From the NCBI GenBank assembly GCA_001464935.1, contig LNEL01000054.1, forward strand, positions 21,407 to 85,406: a stretch of 64,000 nt of DNA. Direction: 5' to 3'. This document shows, in pieces, positions 10,430 to 20,193 of this stretch. The translations under genes were made by a program, and so were the position numbers. The notes beneath the pieces are model-generated. The model saw only the letters and a list, made by a program, of their open reading frames with translations. It searched no databases and had not been told where the DNA came from. The stretch's first letter is position 1, and each line of letters opens with the position of its first letter. Source of the stretch: Gammaproteobacteria bacterium Ga0077536. GTDB lineage: Bacteria > Pseudomonadota > Gammaproteobacteria > Ga0077536.

Positions 10430-11260
10430 GTGGCGGCCGCCACCTTCCTTCCGGCCCGCGGAGACCGACGCTTGAAACCAGACCCGCACGCCACAGACGC
10501 CCTCGCCGAGGCCCTTGCCACTGCCGCCACCACCCGCCAGCCGATTGCGCCACTGCGCGATCGCGTGCCGGGCATCGATGCGGAACTGGCCTATGCGATT
10601 CAGGACGCGAACACACATCGCTGGCTCGCCGCCGGCCGGCGCCTCGTCGGCCGCAAGATCGGGCTGACTTCGCTCGCCGTGCAGCAGCAACTCGGGGTCG
10701 ATCGACCCGATTACGGCATGCTGTTCGCCGACATGGCGGTTGGTGATGGCGAACCCGCCGCCCTGGGCCGGTTGATCCAGCCGAAGGTCGAAGCGGAAAT
10801 CGCGCTCGTGCTCGGCCGCGACCTGACGCACGAAAAACACACCTATGCCGATCTGATCCGCGCCACCGATCACGTGCTGCCGGCGATCGAAATCGTCGAC
10901 AGCCGCATCGAGCGCTGGGACATCCGCTTCGTCGACACCGTCGCCGACAATGCCTCGAGCGGGCTCTTCGTACTCGGCAGCGCGCCGAAGCGCCTGCAGG
11001 ACGTCGACGTCACCGCCTGCGCGATGCGCATGGTGCGTGGCAACGACATCGTCTCCAGTGGCAGCGGCCGCGCCTGTCTCGGCAGTCCGCTGACGGCCGC
11101 TGCCTGGCTCGCCGACGTGATGGTCCGCTGCGGTCGCCCGTTGCAGGCTGGCGACATCGTGCTGACCGGCGCGCTCGGGCCGATGGTCGCCGTCACCGCG
11201 CCGGCACGTTTCGAGGCCCACATCGAAGGTCTCGGCAGCGTCGCCGCCATTTTTGTCTGA
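10430..11260 (+). CDS. 2-keto-4-pentenoate (2-oxopent-4-enoate) hydratase family protein (MhpD/BphH/TodJ-like)
   Basis: Family signature [23 protein letters not shown]...[22 protein letters not shown]. Start uncertain; a TTG near 10471 is an alternative. Confidence 0.7.
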   Translation: MAAATFLPARGDRRLKPDPHATDALAEALATAATTRQPIAPLRDRVPGIDAELAYAIQDANTHRWLAAGRRLVGRKIGLTSLAVQQQLGVDRPDYGMLFADMAVGDGEPAALGRLIQPKVEAEIALVLGRDLTHEKHTYADLIRATDHVLPAIEIVDSRIERWDIRFVDTVADNASSGLFVLGSAPKRLQDVDVTACAMRMVRGNDIVSSGSGRACLGSPLTAAAWLADVMVRCGRPLQAGDIVLTGALGPMVAVTAPARFEAHIEGLGSVAAIFV

Positions 11261-11280
11261 GCAGATTCGAGGACCCCAAC

Positions 11281-12141
11281 ATGACCACACCCACAGAAGC
11301 CGACAGCAGCCGTTTCGTCCAGGTGAAAGCGGGCGATCTCGATCTGCGCCTGCACTACAACGATCTCGGCATCGCGGCCGCCGGCACCGTCGTGATGCTC
11401 CACGGGTCCGGCCCCGGCGCGAGCAGCTGGGCGAATTTCAGCCGCAATGCCGGCCCGCTGACCGACGCCGGTTACCGCGTGATCCTGATGGACTGCCCGG
11501 GTTGGTCGAAGAGCGATCCTGTCGTCTGCACCGGTGCGCGCTCCGAGTTGAACGCGCGCGCGCTCGCCGGCCTCGTCGACGCGCTGGGCCTGGGCAGGAT
11601 TCATCTCGTCGGCAATTCGATGGGCGCGCACAGCGCGATGATGTACACGCTGACGCATCCCGACCGCGTCGGCAAACTCGTGCTGATGGGCGGCGGCACC
11701 GGCGGGGCCAGCCCGTTCATGCCGATGCCGACCGAAGGCATCAAACTGCTGAACGCGCTGTATCGCGATCCGTCGATCGAGAACCTGAAGCGCATGATGG
11801 CGGTGTTCGTCTACGACCCGAGCAGCCTCACCGAGGATCTCTACCAATTACGCCTCGACAACATGCTGTCGCGCCGCGAGCATCTCGTGAACTTCGTGAA
11901 GAGCCAGGAGCAGAACCCGAAGCAGTACCCGGACGTCAGCGCGCGCCTCGGCGAGGTCACGCAGCCCGTGCTCGTGATCTGGGGCCGCGACGATCGCTTC
12001 GTGCCCCTCGACGCCGGCCTGCGGCTAGTCGCCGGTCTGCCGAATGCCGATTTCCACGTGTTCGGGCGCTGCGGTCACTGGGCGCAGTGGGAACACGCGG
12101 AACGCTTCAACCGGATGGTGGTGGATTTTCTGGCGGGCTGA
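11281..12141 (+). CDS. Meta-cleavage product hydrolase (BphD/TodF/MhpC-like alpha/beta hydrolase)
   Basis: [13 protein letters not shown] oxyanion region. GNSMGAHSA nucleophile elbow. C-terminal His in [14 protein letters not shown]. Immediately downstream of the hydratase. Confidence 0.7.
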   Translation: MTTPTEADSSRFVQVKAGDLDLRLHYNDLGIAAAGTVVMLHGSGPGASSWANFSRNAGPLTDAGYRVILMDCPGWSKSDPVVCTGARSELNARALAGLVDALGLGRIHLVGNSMGAHSAMMYTLTHPDRVGKLVLMGGGTGGASPFMPMPTEGIKLLNALYRDPSIENLKRMMAVFVYDPSSLTEDLYQLRLDNMLSRREHLVNFVKSQEQNPKQYPDVSARLGEVTQPVLVIWGRDDRFVPLDAGLRLVAGLPNADFHVFGRCGHWAQWEHAERFNRMVVDFLAG

Positions 12142-12146
12142 TGGCG

Positions 12147-12174
12147 CAGGTTGGGCTGACGCAGGAAGCCCAAC
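12147..12174. repeat. REP element (forward, 5' end slightly divergent)
   Basis: CAGGTTGGGCTGACGCAGGAAGCCCAAC. Confidence 0.75.
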
Positions 12175-12332
12175 GTCTGCGCCCCCGGCAACACGGATTC
12201 GCGCTTCGCGCTGCCACGGAGAACACAGAGAACACGGAGACGCGGTGAGTGGGCGTGTGTTTGCCGTACGTTCGCAGCTAGCCGTGACGACTCCTTCTGC
12301 GGCGCGAAACCGGCGGCACTGGACGCGTCCAT

Positions 12333-12361
12333 GTTGGGCTTCCTTCGTCAGCCCAACCTAC
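12333..12361. repeat. REP element (inverted; one mismatch, CCTTCG) pairing with 12147..12174
   Basis: GTTGGGCTTCCTTCGTCAGCCCAACCTAC. The pair encloses a partial copy of the GAGAACAC repeat. Confidence 0.75.
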
Positions 12362-12578
12362 TTGCGTCCATCGGACCCCGCGCGCTGATAGCGTTCGAGT
12401 TCGTCCGGATCGTAGCCGCGATCGTGCCGCACGCGATCCTCGAGATCGAAGTCGAAGCGCAACAGGCGTTCCAGCACGCGGCACGCGAGGCGGTCGATGA
12501 CATTGCCCTGGCGCGATCCGCGCCGTGCCAACCAGTAACCAAGCGCCGCCATCGCGCGGCGCTGCCATTCACCCCGGT

Positions 12579-14828
12579 TCACGGTGCGTCAGCGGTGAGC
12601 TTGACGATGCGGCAGGGCGCACCCTTGAGATGCGGGATCCCCTGTTCGCGATCGAGATAGTCGTCGTCATCGCGACACAGCATCGAATCGGCATGGACGA
12701 GCGCGCTGGAGAGGCCCTCGACGAGTCCCTGTGCGGTCTCCGGTTTCCACCAGCCGTGCGGCACGCGCACGAGGCCGTCCGGCATGCTGTCCTGCACCTT
12801 TACCTGCATCGTCACGCGCCCGAGCATGGTTTCGACGTGGACCCATTCGCCGTCGACGATCTGCGTCGCTGCCGCGGTGCCGGCGCTGACGAAGAGATTC
12901 GGCTCGGGCTTGCGCTCACGCATCTCTGGAATGTGGCGCCCGCCGGTCTGAAAGTACTCGCCTTCCCGTACGCCGGTGAACATCGTCAGCGGGTAGTCCG
13001 GGTCCGGCGCGGGATCCTCGCGGAAATAGGGCAGGGGATCGAAGCCGAGATCGCGCAGCACCGAGGACTCGAGTTCGACCTTGCCGCTCGGGGTCGCGAA
13101 ACCGGTGGTGAGATATTTCTTCCACTCGCGCTTGCCGGCATGCAGCTCATAGGTCGCGGCGAATTCATCGAAACCGATGCCGAGTTTGGCCAGGCGCCAG
13201 TCGTAAAATTCGTTGAGGCTTGCCCACGGCACGACCTCCGGCATGTCGAGTGCGGCCGCCGTCAGCTTCCAGAACTCGAAGGTGCTCCTGCATTCGCCCG
13301 GTGGTTCCATCGCCTGCTGCGAGGGGCGATAGACCGACAGCCAGCCGTAGGCGTCCCACAGCCACGGTCGCTCGGTCCACGCGTCGCCGGGCAGCACGAA
13401 ATCGGCGAGCTGCGCGGTCGGCGTCATCATGTGTTCCTGCACGACGATCAGATCCTGGTTCAGCATGGCCTTCAGGATCAGCGGCATGTTGGCATAGCTC
13501 AGCAGCGTGTTGTTGCCGAGGGCGAAAAAGGCCTTGACGGGATACGGGCCGTCGCCCGCCATCGCGCGGAAGGTCGCGGTCGGGTTCGCCATGTAGCAGC
13601 CAGTGACCTGGTTGGCATAAGTCCGGCCCCACACGCGCTTCATCGGCTCGCCGAGCGCCGCCTGGCCACGATACGTGAACGCCGGGTGGCGATCCGATCC
13701 GAGCTGTTTGGCCTTCTGCGCCTCGCTCAGGACTTCGTGCATCTCGATGTCGGATTCGGGCACGATTGACGGATGGAAACCCTGCAGTGCTTCGCCACCC
13801 GGCACGTCGACATAGCCGCAGACCGCGCGCAGGATCGTCTGCAGACGAATCGCGGAGGTGCTGTTGCGTTGCTGATCGGTGATCGGGGTCCATGGGATGA
13901 TCGACGGCCCCTGCGTTGCGTACATCCGGGCTGCCCGCGCGATGTCCTCCTCACGACAGCCGGTGAGCTGCGCCACGCGATCGAGCGGGAACTCGTCGAC
14001 CCGCGCGCGCAGGGCGTCGAAGCCGACGGTCCAGTCGGCGACGAACCTGCGATCGTAGAGGCCTTCGTCGAAGATCACCTTCAGCCAGCCGAAGCACATC
14101 GCGGCATCGCTGCCGACCTTCAGCGGCAACCACAGATCGGCCAGTTCCGCTTTTTCACTGCGCCTTGGATCGAGCACGATGAGCCGCGCCCCGCGGGCGC
14201 GCGCACGTTCGATGGCGTTGTGGATCGGCACCCAGCTGTCGCGCTTCGGGTTGTGGCCGAACAGCACGATGCAGCGGGTGTTGTCGTAATCGGGCCACGG
14301 ATACCAGCCGTAGCTCATGCGATTGATCGCCGCCGTGTTGCCGGCGCACAGGGCGACCCCGCTGATCCAGTTCGGTGAACCGACGTGGTTCATCACGCGG
14401 CGGCCAAGCCCGTGATCGGTGCCGGTGTTCCACTGGCTGGTCGACACCGCCCAGGCTTCCGGCCCGTGCCCCGCGATGACTCGTTTCAGGCGCTCGCCGA
14501 TCTCGCCCATCGCTTCGTCCCACGACACGCGCGTCCACTGCCCCGAGCCGCGTTCGCCGACCCGTTTCATCGGATATAGAATTCGGTCGGGATGCGCGAA
14601 GCCTTTGGGTGCGACGACGCCCTTGATGCAGATGTTGTCCTTGAACAGCGGGTTGTCGGAAGAACGGATGCGCGTCACGCGGCCGCGTCTGACTTCAGCG
14701 ACGACGCTGCACGCAATGTCACAGCTGCCGCAGAGGACCTTGCGGGTGCTCGTGTCGGGGTCCGCCGGCTTGCGCTCGAGGCGTTTGAACAGGCGGATGG
14801 CAGGGGCAAGAAACGGGCTGCCAGGCAT
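12579..14828 (-). CDS. Molybdopterin (bis-MGD) oxidoreductase, MopB superfamily, cytoplasmic (no Tat signal)
   Basis: N-terminal 4Fe-4S motif CGSCDIACSV...ICIKG (C-x2-C-x3-C...C). Length 749 aa. Start MPGSPF follows GGAGA RBS. No RRxFLK motif. Substrate unknown. Confidence 0.7.
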   Translation of the reverse strand: MPGSPFLAPAIRLFKRLERKPADPDTSTRKVLCGSCDIACSVVAEVRRGRVTRIRSSDNPLFKDNICIKGVVAPKGFAHPDRILYPMKRVGERGSGQWTRVSWDEAMGEIGERLKRVIAGHGPEAWAVSTSQWNTGTDHGLGRRVMNHVGSPNWISGVALCAGNTAAINRMSYGWYPWPDYDNTRCIVLFGHNPKRDSWVPIHNAIERARARGARLIVLDPRRSEKAELADLWLPLKVGSDAAMCFGWLKVIFDEGLYDRRFVADWTVGFDALRARVDEFPLDRVAQLTGCREEDIARAARMYATQGPSIIPWTPITDQQRNSTSAIRLQTILRAVCGYVDVPGGEALQGFHPSIVPESDIEMHEVLSEAQKAKQLGSDRHPAFTYRGQAALGEPMKRVWGRTYANQVTGCYMANPTATFRAMAGDGPYPVKAFFALGNNTLLSYANMPLILKAMLNQDLIVVQEHMMTPTAQLADFVLPGDAWTERPWLWDAYGWLSVYRPSQQAMEPPGECRSTFEFWKLTAAALDMPEVVPWASLNEFYDWRLAKLGIGFDEFAATYELHAGKREWKKYLTTGFATPSGKVELESSVLRDLGFDPLPYFREDPAPDPDYPLTMFTGVREGEYFQTGGRHIPEMRERKPEPNLFVSAGTAAATQIVDGEWVHVETMLGRVTMQVKVQDSMPDGLVRVPHGWWKPETAQGLVEGLSSALVHADSMLCRDDDDYLDREQGIPHLKGAPCRIVKLTADAP

Positions 14829-14896
14829 CGGGGATCTCCGCGATTGGGGCCGGAACTCGAATACCAGATGCCTGTCCGGCTGGATGAATGACGCAA

Positions 14897-14916
14897 TTAA
14901 GTGTACATACACCTAA
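14897..14916. promoter_or_regulatory. Imperfect palindrome TTAAGTGTA-ca-TACACcTAA abutting the marR start; candidate MarR operator
   Basis: 9-2-9 inverted repeat (8/9 match) in the 89-bp divergent region between the Mo-enzyme and marR. Seen directly. Confidence 0.35.
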
Positions 14917-15399
14917 ATGGAACGCAAGCGCCACACTTCAATCTTTCTCGAAGAAGCCCGGCAGCGACCGCACCTGTGCTTTGCCGAGGTCATGCGCGCG
15001 GCGAATCGCTCCGTCTCGAGGTTCTACGAACGGCACCTCAAGGACGTCGATATCGGTATCGCGCAGCTGTCTCTGCTGATCCGGCTCTATTACCTGCCCG
15101 ACGTGCCCGTCACGAAACTCGCGCGGGTGCTGAAGACCGACCGCACTACGCTCACCCGGAACCTTCAACCGCTCGAGCGCAGCGGTCACCTGGAGATCGT
15201 GGGCGCGGCAGACAAGCGCTCCCGGCTCGTGCGCCTGACCGCCACGGGCTTCCGCTCCGTCGAGGCCGCGCTGCCGGCCTGGCAGTCCGCACAGCGCACA
15301 CTCGAGGACACGCTCGGCAGCGCGCGCTGGGCGCGCCTGATGACGGACCTGAATGTGCTCGCTGAACTCGACGTCGAACTTGATCCGGACGCCGGCTGA
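14917..15399 (+). CDS. MarR-family transcriptional regulator
   Basis: Winged-HTH region SLLIRLYYLPDVPVTKLARVLKTDRTTLTRNLQPLERSGHLEIV typical of MarR. Divergent from the Mo-oxidoreductase. Confidence 0.75.
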   Translation: MERKRHTSIFLEEARQRPHLCFAEVMRAANRSVSRFYERHLKDVDIGIAQLSLLIRLYYLPDVPVTKLARVLKTDRTTLTRNLQPLERSGHLEIVGAADKRSRLVRLTATGFRSVEAALPAWQSAQRTLEDTLGSARWARLMTDLNVLAELDVELDPDAG

Positions 15400-15523
15400 G
15401 CGCGAACGCGATTCGAGAACCGTGCGCGGGTGCCCGTCTCGCGCATGGTGAGCGGTGTCGCGTGCCGTGACGTACCATGACCGTCACTCCCGAATCTTGT
15501 TCGTGCCCATCAGGAAATCACCC

Positions 15524-15973
15524 GTGAATTTTGGTTATGCCCTGCTGCTCGGCGTGCTCGCCGGCGCTGCCTTCTGCTTCGTCGTGCACCGCTGGTGCCG
15601 GCGCCACGCAAACGCCATCTACTGCACGGCGCTGGTGTACATCGCGGCGGTCTACGTCGGCCCGGCCCTCAGTCGCGGCGCACCCGGCGATGTGCTCGAA
15701 ATCCTCGCCTCGTTCGGCTTCTTCGGGCTCGCCATCACCGGGCTCGCCGGCGGTGAGGCGTGGCTCGCCGCCGGCTACATCCTGCACAGCATGTGGGATG
15801 CGTTTCATGTCGACCTCGCCCACACCGTGCTGCCGCCCTGGTATGCGCCGATGTGCATCGGCTTCGACTGGGCGGTCGGCGTTTGGATCCTGCGCTGGAT
15901 GAAGCAGAAACGGGCGGCGGCGCGTGCCGCCGCGGCGGCGAACCCGGTCGACGGCGGCGTGTCCGCCCCTTAG
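15524..15973 (+). CDS. Small integral membrane protein (about 4 TM helices), unknown function
   Basis: GTG start after AGGAAATCACC. Hydrophobic segments LLLGVLAGAAFCFVV, ALVYIAAVYVGPAL, FGFFGLAITGLAGG, IGFDWAVGVWILRW. The upstream 23 aa of the track ORF is discarded. Confidence 0.4.
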   Translation: MNFGYALLLGVLAGAAFCFVVHRWCRRHANAIYCTALVYIAAVYVGPALSRGAPGDVLEILASFGFFGLAITGLAGGEAWLAAGYILHSMWDAFHVDLAHTVLPPWYAPMCIGFDWAVGVWILRWMKQKRAAARAAAAANPVDGGVSAP

Positions 15974-16041
15974 TCTGACGGCGCCACCGGGCGCCGCGTG
16001 TCCGCCGTCAGCGCCCGTCTGTCCAAACCGAGGAGTCCGCC

Positions 16042-16845
16042 ATGACCGAACCCGTCGTCCTCTGCGACGTCGACGCGCGCGGCATCGCCCGCGTCACGCT
16101 GAACCGCCCCGACAAGAACAACGCCTACAACGCCGAACTCGTCGACGCCCTGCTCACGACGTGCGGCGCCCTGGCGGGCGATCCGCGTGTGCGTGTCGTC
16201 GTCATTCGCGGCAACGGCCGCCACTTCCAGGCCGGCGCCGATCTGAACTGGCTCGGCGCCGTCGCCGCGCAGGACGAGGCGGCGAATGTCGAGACTTCGC
16301 GGCGCACCGCGCTGGTCGTGCGCGGGCTCAACGAGTTTCCGAAGCCGACGATCGCGCTGATCCACGGCGCCTGCATTGGCGGCGGCACCGGGGTCGCCGC
16401 CGCCTGCGACGTGGTGATCGCCACGCGCGACGCGAGCTTCGCGATCAGCGAAGCGCGCTGGGGCCTGTTCGCGAGCGTGATCTTTCCGCAGCTGAACGCC
16501 GCCATCGGTGAACGCCAGGTGCGGCGCTACGCGGTGACCTGCGAGCGCTTCGACGCCGCCCAGGCGCAGCGCATCGGCCTTGTGCACGAGATCTGCGAAC
16601 CGGGCGAACTCGATGCAGCGGCAGCCCCGATCATCGAGGCCATCCTCATGGCGGCGCCGAAGGCCGTCGCGCAGACCAAGCGCGATGTGATGCGCTGCGC
16701 GGGATCGCTGATGACGGAAGAACGCTTCGCCGAACTCGTGCGTTCGCATGCCGCGAAACGCCAGACGGCCGAAGCGGCCGAAGGCTTCGCGAGTTTCGTC
16801 GGCAAGCGCGACCCGGCATGGTGGCCTGCGCCCGACAGCCGGTGA
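16042..16845 (+). CDS. Enoyl-CoA hydratase/isomerase (crotonase) family protein
   Basis: VTLNRPDKNNAYNAELVDAL...IRGNGRHFQAGADL...ALIHGACIGGGTGVAAACD crotonase fold signature. Confidence 0.8.
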   Translation: MTEPVVLCDVDARGIARVTLNRPDKNNAYNAELVDALLTTCGALAGDPRVRVVVIRGNGRHFQAGADLNWLGAVAAQDEAANVETSRRTALVVRGLNEFPKPTIALIHGACIGGGTGVAAACDVVIATRDASFAISEARWGLFASVIFPQLNAAIGERQVRRYAVTCERFDAAQAQRIGLVHEICEPGELDAAAAPIIEAILMAAPKAVAQTKRDVMRCAGSLMTEERFAELVRSHAAKRQTAEAAEGFASFVGKRDPAWWPAPDSR

Positions 16846-17040
16846 CGGGCGCGCCGTCATCGATGTTTGCGATCGAAGACGGGCGAGCGCCCTGCGATCC
16901 GGTATCGTTGTCTGTCAGTGTCGTCTGCCGAACGCTTGGTTGCTGCCACGCAGCAAACCCGGCGGTCTTGATCCAGATCACGGGTGCGTCAGCCCCCGAT
17001 CCGCAGACTGGCCTCCGTCGACCACAGGGGAAATAAAACC

Positions 17041-18588
17041 ATGAATGTCTCAGCCTCCAAGCACCTGCCCAAGACCAAGCCCGCCGAACACTTCGACGTC
17101 CTGATCGTCGGCGCCGGCATTTCAGGCGTGGGTGGTGCGTATCACCTGACCCAGCAATGCCCGGACAAGACATTCGTCGTGCTCGAAGCCCTCGAGAGCT
17201 TCGGCGGCACCTGGCTGATGCACAAGTATCCCGGCATCCGGTCCGACAGCGATCTCTACACCTTCGGCTACCGCTTCAAGCCATGGATTGGCCCGCCGAT
17301 CGCGAGCGCCAGCGCCATCCGCGACTACATGGGCGAAGTGATCGAAGAGAACAAGCTCGATCAGCACATCCGTTACAAGCACAAGATTCTGAATGCAAGC
17401 TGGTCGAGCGAAGACAGCCTGTGGACCATCGAAGCCCAGCGCACGGATACCGGCGAACAGCTCACGTTCACCGCGAACTTCCTGTGGATGTGCCAGGGCT
17501 ACTACCGGCATTCGGAAGGCTACACGCCCGAATGGCCGGGCATGAAAGACTTCAAGGGACAGATCGTCCATCCGCAGACCTGGCCCGAAGATCTCGATTA
17601 CAAGGGCAAGAAGGTCGTCGTGATCGGATCCGGCGCGACCACGGCCACCGTGGTACCCGCGATTGCCGCCGACTGCGAACACGTGACGGTGCTGCAGCGC
17701 TCGCCGACCTACTTCGTGCCGGGCATCAATCAGAACGAACTCGCGAACATGCTGCGCAAGCTCGAAGTCCCCGAGGAATGGGTGCACGAGATCGTGCGTC
17801 GCAAGATTCTCGACGACTTCAAACAGCTGACGCGCCGATCCTTCGAGGAGCCCGACAAGCTGCGCGAGGAATTGCTCGCCGGCGTCCGCGCCTACCTCGG
17901 CCCGGACTATGACGTCGACAAGCACTTCACACCCACTTACCGGCCGTGGCGTCAGCGCATCGCCTTCGTGCCTGAAGGCGATCTCTTCAAGGGGATCACC
18001 GCCGGCAAGGCGAGCATGGTCACCGACGAAATCGAACGCTTCACCGACAAGGGCATTCTGCTGAAGTCCGGTCAGGAGCTCGAAGCCGACATCATCGTCA
18101 CCGCCACGGGCTTCAATCTGTCCGCGCTCGGCGACATCAAGTTCACGATCGACGGCAAGCCGCTCAACTTCGCCGACACCGTGACCTATCACGGCATGAT
18201 GTTCACCGGCATGCCGAATCTGCTGTGGGTGTTCGGCTACTTCCGCGCGAGCTGGACGTTGCGCTCCGATCTGCTGTCCGACTTCGTCTGCCGACTGCTG
18301 AAGCACATGGACGAAAAAGGCGTGACCAAGGTTTCCGTCGCGCTGCGCCCGGAAGAGAAGGACATGGAATTGCTGCCGTGGATTGACACGGAGAATTTCA
18401 ACCCGGGTTACCTGTTGCGCGGCATGCACCTGCTGCCGAAGCGCGGTGCGAAGCCGGAGTGGCAGCACACGCAGGATTACTGGCTCGAGAAGGAAGTCAT
18501 TCCGGCCATCGATCTCGACGACCCGGTGTTCGTGTACGAAGGGTCGGCGGCCGAGCGCAAGCAGTCGGCGAAAGTCGCGGCGGGCTGA
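17041..18588 (+). CDS. Flavin-containing / Baeyer-Villiger-type monooxygenase (class B flavoprotein monooxygenase)
   Basis: FAD motif DVLIVGAGISGVGGAY. Second Rossmann VVVIGSGATTATVVPAIA. FMO-type motif region. Start MNVSAS follows an A-rich RBS. Confidence 0.8.
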   Translation: MNVSASKHLPKTKPAEHFDVLIVGAGISGVGGAYHLTQQCPDKTFVVLEALESFGGTWLMHKYPGIRSDSDLYTFGYRFKPWIGPPIASASAIRDYMGEVIEENKLDQHIRYKHKILNASWSSEDSLWTIEAQRTDTGEQLTFTANFLWMCQGYYRHSEGYTPEWPGMKDFKGQIVHPQTWPEDLDYKGKKVVVIGSGATTATVVPAIAADCEHVTVLQRSPTYFVPGINQNELANMLRKLEVPEEWVHEIVRRKILDDFKQLTRRSFEEPDKLREELLAGVRAYLGPDYDVDKHFTPTYRPWRQRIAFVPEGDLFKGITAGKASMVTDEIERFTDKGILLKSGQELEADIIVTATGFNLSALGDIKFTIDGKPLNFADTVTYHGMMFTGMPNLLWVFGYFRASWTLRSDLLSDFVCRLLKHMDEKGVTKVSVALRPEEKDMELLPWIDTENFNPGYLLRGMHLLPKRGAKPEWQHTQDYWLEKEVIPAIDLDDPVFVYEGSAAERKQSAKVAAG

Positions 18589-18638
18589 GTCTGCATCCGG
18601 GTGGCCGGTGAGGCTGCGAGAGAGAGCGATCTGTCCCT

Positions 18639-19133
18639 TCAGATTGTCGCCGCCTGACGGCGCCGCAGCGCCAGCACGCCGGTCAACGCCGACCCCAGCA
18701 ACAGCAGCGGCATTGGCAACGGCACCGGCGAGGCTGAGGCCACGCTCTGCACATTGATGGCGTACTTGCCGGACAGCAGCCCGTCAGGCTCGTAGCCGCT
18801 GACCAGCGCCGTGAACGACGTGCCGGCAAGCGCAAAGAACGAGCCCGTGGCCCAGGCCGCGCCCGGCACGGTCTCCACCAGCAGGTTCACCGGATTGATC
18901 AAGGCATGCAGCGCCGTGAACGGCGTTGCGCTGCCGGGCACCAGCGCGCCCAGGTCGTAAAGGTTCACGTCGTACGTCCCGGTCACCGTGGTCGTGAAGT
19001 CATAGACGATCGCGCCGAGGCCACTGAAGGCGCCTACTTCATCGAGCGCCACGGTCGTGGCCTGGGCGGAAGTCATGCCGGCGACGAGCAGCGTCGTCAC
19101 CGCGAGAGAGTGTCGCAAGGTCGGAAAAGTCAT
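18639..19133 (-). CDS. PEP-CTERM sorting-domain secreted protein (putative exosortase substrate)
   Basis: N-terminal signal peptide (MTFPTLRHSLAVTTLLVAGMTSAQA). C-terminus VPLPMPLLLLGSALTGVLALRRRQ is the VPxP + TM + Arg-cluster PEP-CTERM motif. AAGGAA RBS. The upstream 61 aa of the track ORF is discarded. Confidence 0.6.
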   Translation of the reverse strand: MTFPTLRHSLAVTTLLVAGMTSAQATTVALDEVGAFSGLGAIVYDFTTTVTGTYDVNLYDLGALVPGSATPFTALHALINPVNLLVETVPGAAWATGSFFALAGTSFTALVSGYEPDGLLSGKYAINVQSVASASPVPLPMPLLLLGSALTGVLALRRRQAATI

Positions 19134-19434
19134 GGGGAGTTTCCTTGTGCGGGTCGCCGACGCCTGCGCGCGACCCGTCGATGGTGGTCGGCCGGCGGGA
19201 GAGCGGGCCGTCTGATTCTGCGCGGGCAGCTTGTGCGCTCGGGCGATGCAGCACCGTGCGCCAGGGCGCTTAGCAGGCAGGTGACGCCCTGCTGTCGCCG
19301 CCTGCGGCGAGCGCACGGCCGAGAGGCGCTCGCCTTCGGTGAGGATTGATGGACAGCCAGCGCCAGCCTCGTTGCGCGTGTGCCGCGCAGACTAGGGCCG
19401 CACCATTTTTTTCCGGCTTGTCAGGTCCGCGACG

Positions 19435-19842
19435 CTAGGGCAGCGATGCGCGCAACGCGGACGGCTCCGCATCCATCTGCGCGCGGACCGCCAGCGCGGC
19501 GGCTTCGCAGGTGTCGAGCGAATCCAGCACCCTCAGCTGCAATGACAGGCCCGGCTCGCCGCCCCCGGCACTGAGACTCGCCGCCTCGTTCAGATGGCGG
19601 CAATCGCTGACGATGCGATCCTCCGCGGCCAGCAGGGCTGCGCTGTCACGCGGGGACGGCGGGATGTCGGTTTCGCCGGCGTCAATCAGCCGGCTGATGA
19701 CGGCGTTCTGCAGGCGGAACACCTGCTCGCCGTGTACGCCGATCGCTTCGTGTTCATCGTTGCCGCGGGTCACCGACCAGCGCGCGACGACGGTCGTCGC
19801 CAGCACGAGGACCGCAATCACCAGGCCCTGTTTTGCATTCAT
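19435..19842 (-). CDS. Hypothetical exported/membrane-anchored protein
   Basis: Start MNAKQ follows GGAG RBS. N-terminal hydrophobic helix LVIAVLVLATTVVA. No recognisable family. Confidence 0.35.
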   Translation of the reverse strand: MNAKQGLVIAVLVLATTVVARWSVTRGNDEHEAIGVHGEQVFRLQNAVISRLIDAGETDIPPSPRDSAALLAAEDRIVSDCRHLNEAASLSAGGGEPGLSLQLRVLDSLDTCEAAALAVRAQMDAEPSALRASLP

Positions 19843-20193
19843 TGCTTCGTTACTCCGGGTTCGCGCACGAACCGTTACGGACACCTGGGGCGCGGTTGGC
19901 GGCGCGAGGACGATCGCTGCCAGGACCGTAGCGCATGATCGCCAAAGCCCCCGCCGGCGTCGGTACGCAACCGCGCACAGGGCGTGCACGGGCGGCCAGC
20001 TGCGGTGGAAAGAAAGGGTCGCCGGCGAGCCGCCCGGGTGCGCCAAGCTGGGGTCGGGCCGTCTCCGCCGCCCCAGGACGGCGCGTTCAGGATGGGTCTG
20101 TCACGCGCATTTCGGCCGGGATCAGTGACTTAAGCCGCTGGCGCAACTTTTGCGAGGGCTCGACCATTCAATGGGTCCGCACTGGGGGGTGTC

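Noticed and set aside
12348-12582. Two overlapping 74-aa minus-strand ORFs
   Set aside because: Inside the REP doublet and MITE fragment. No RBS or homology.
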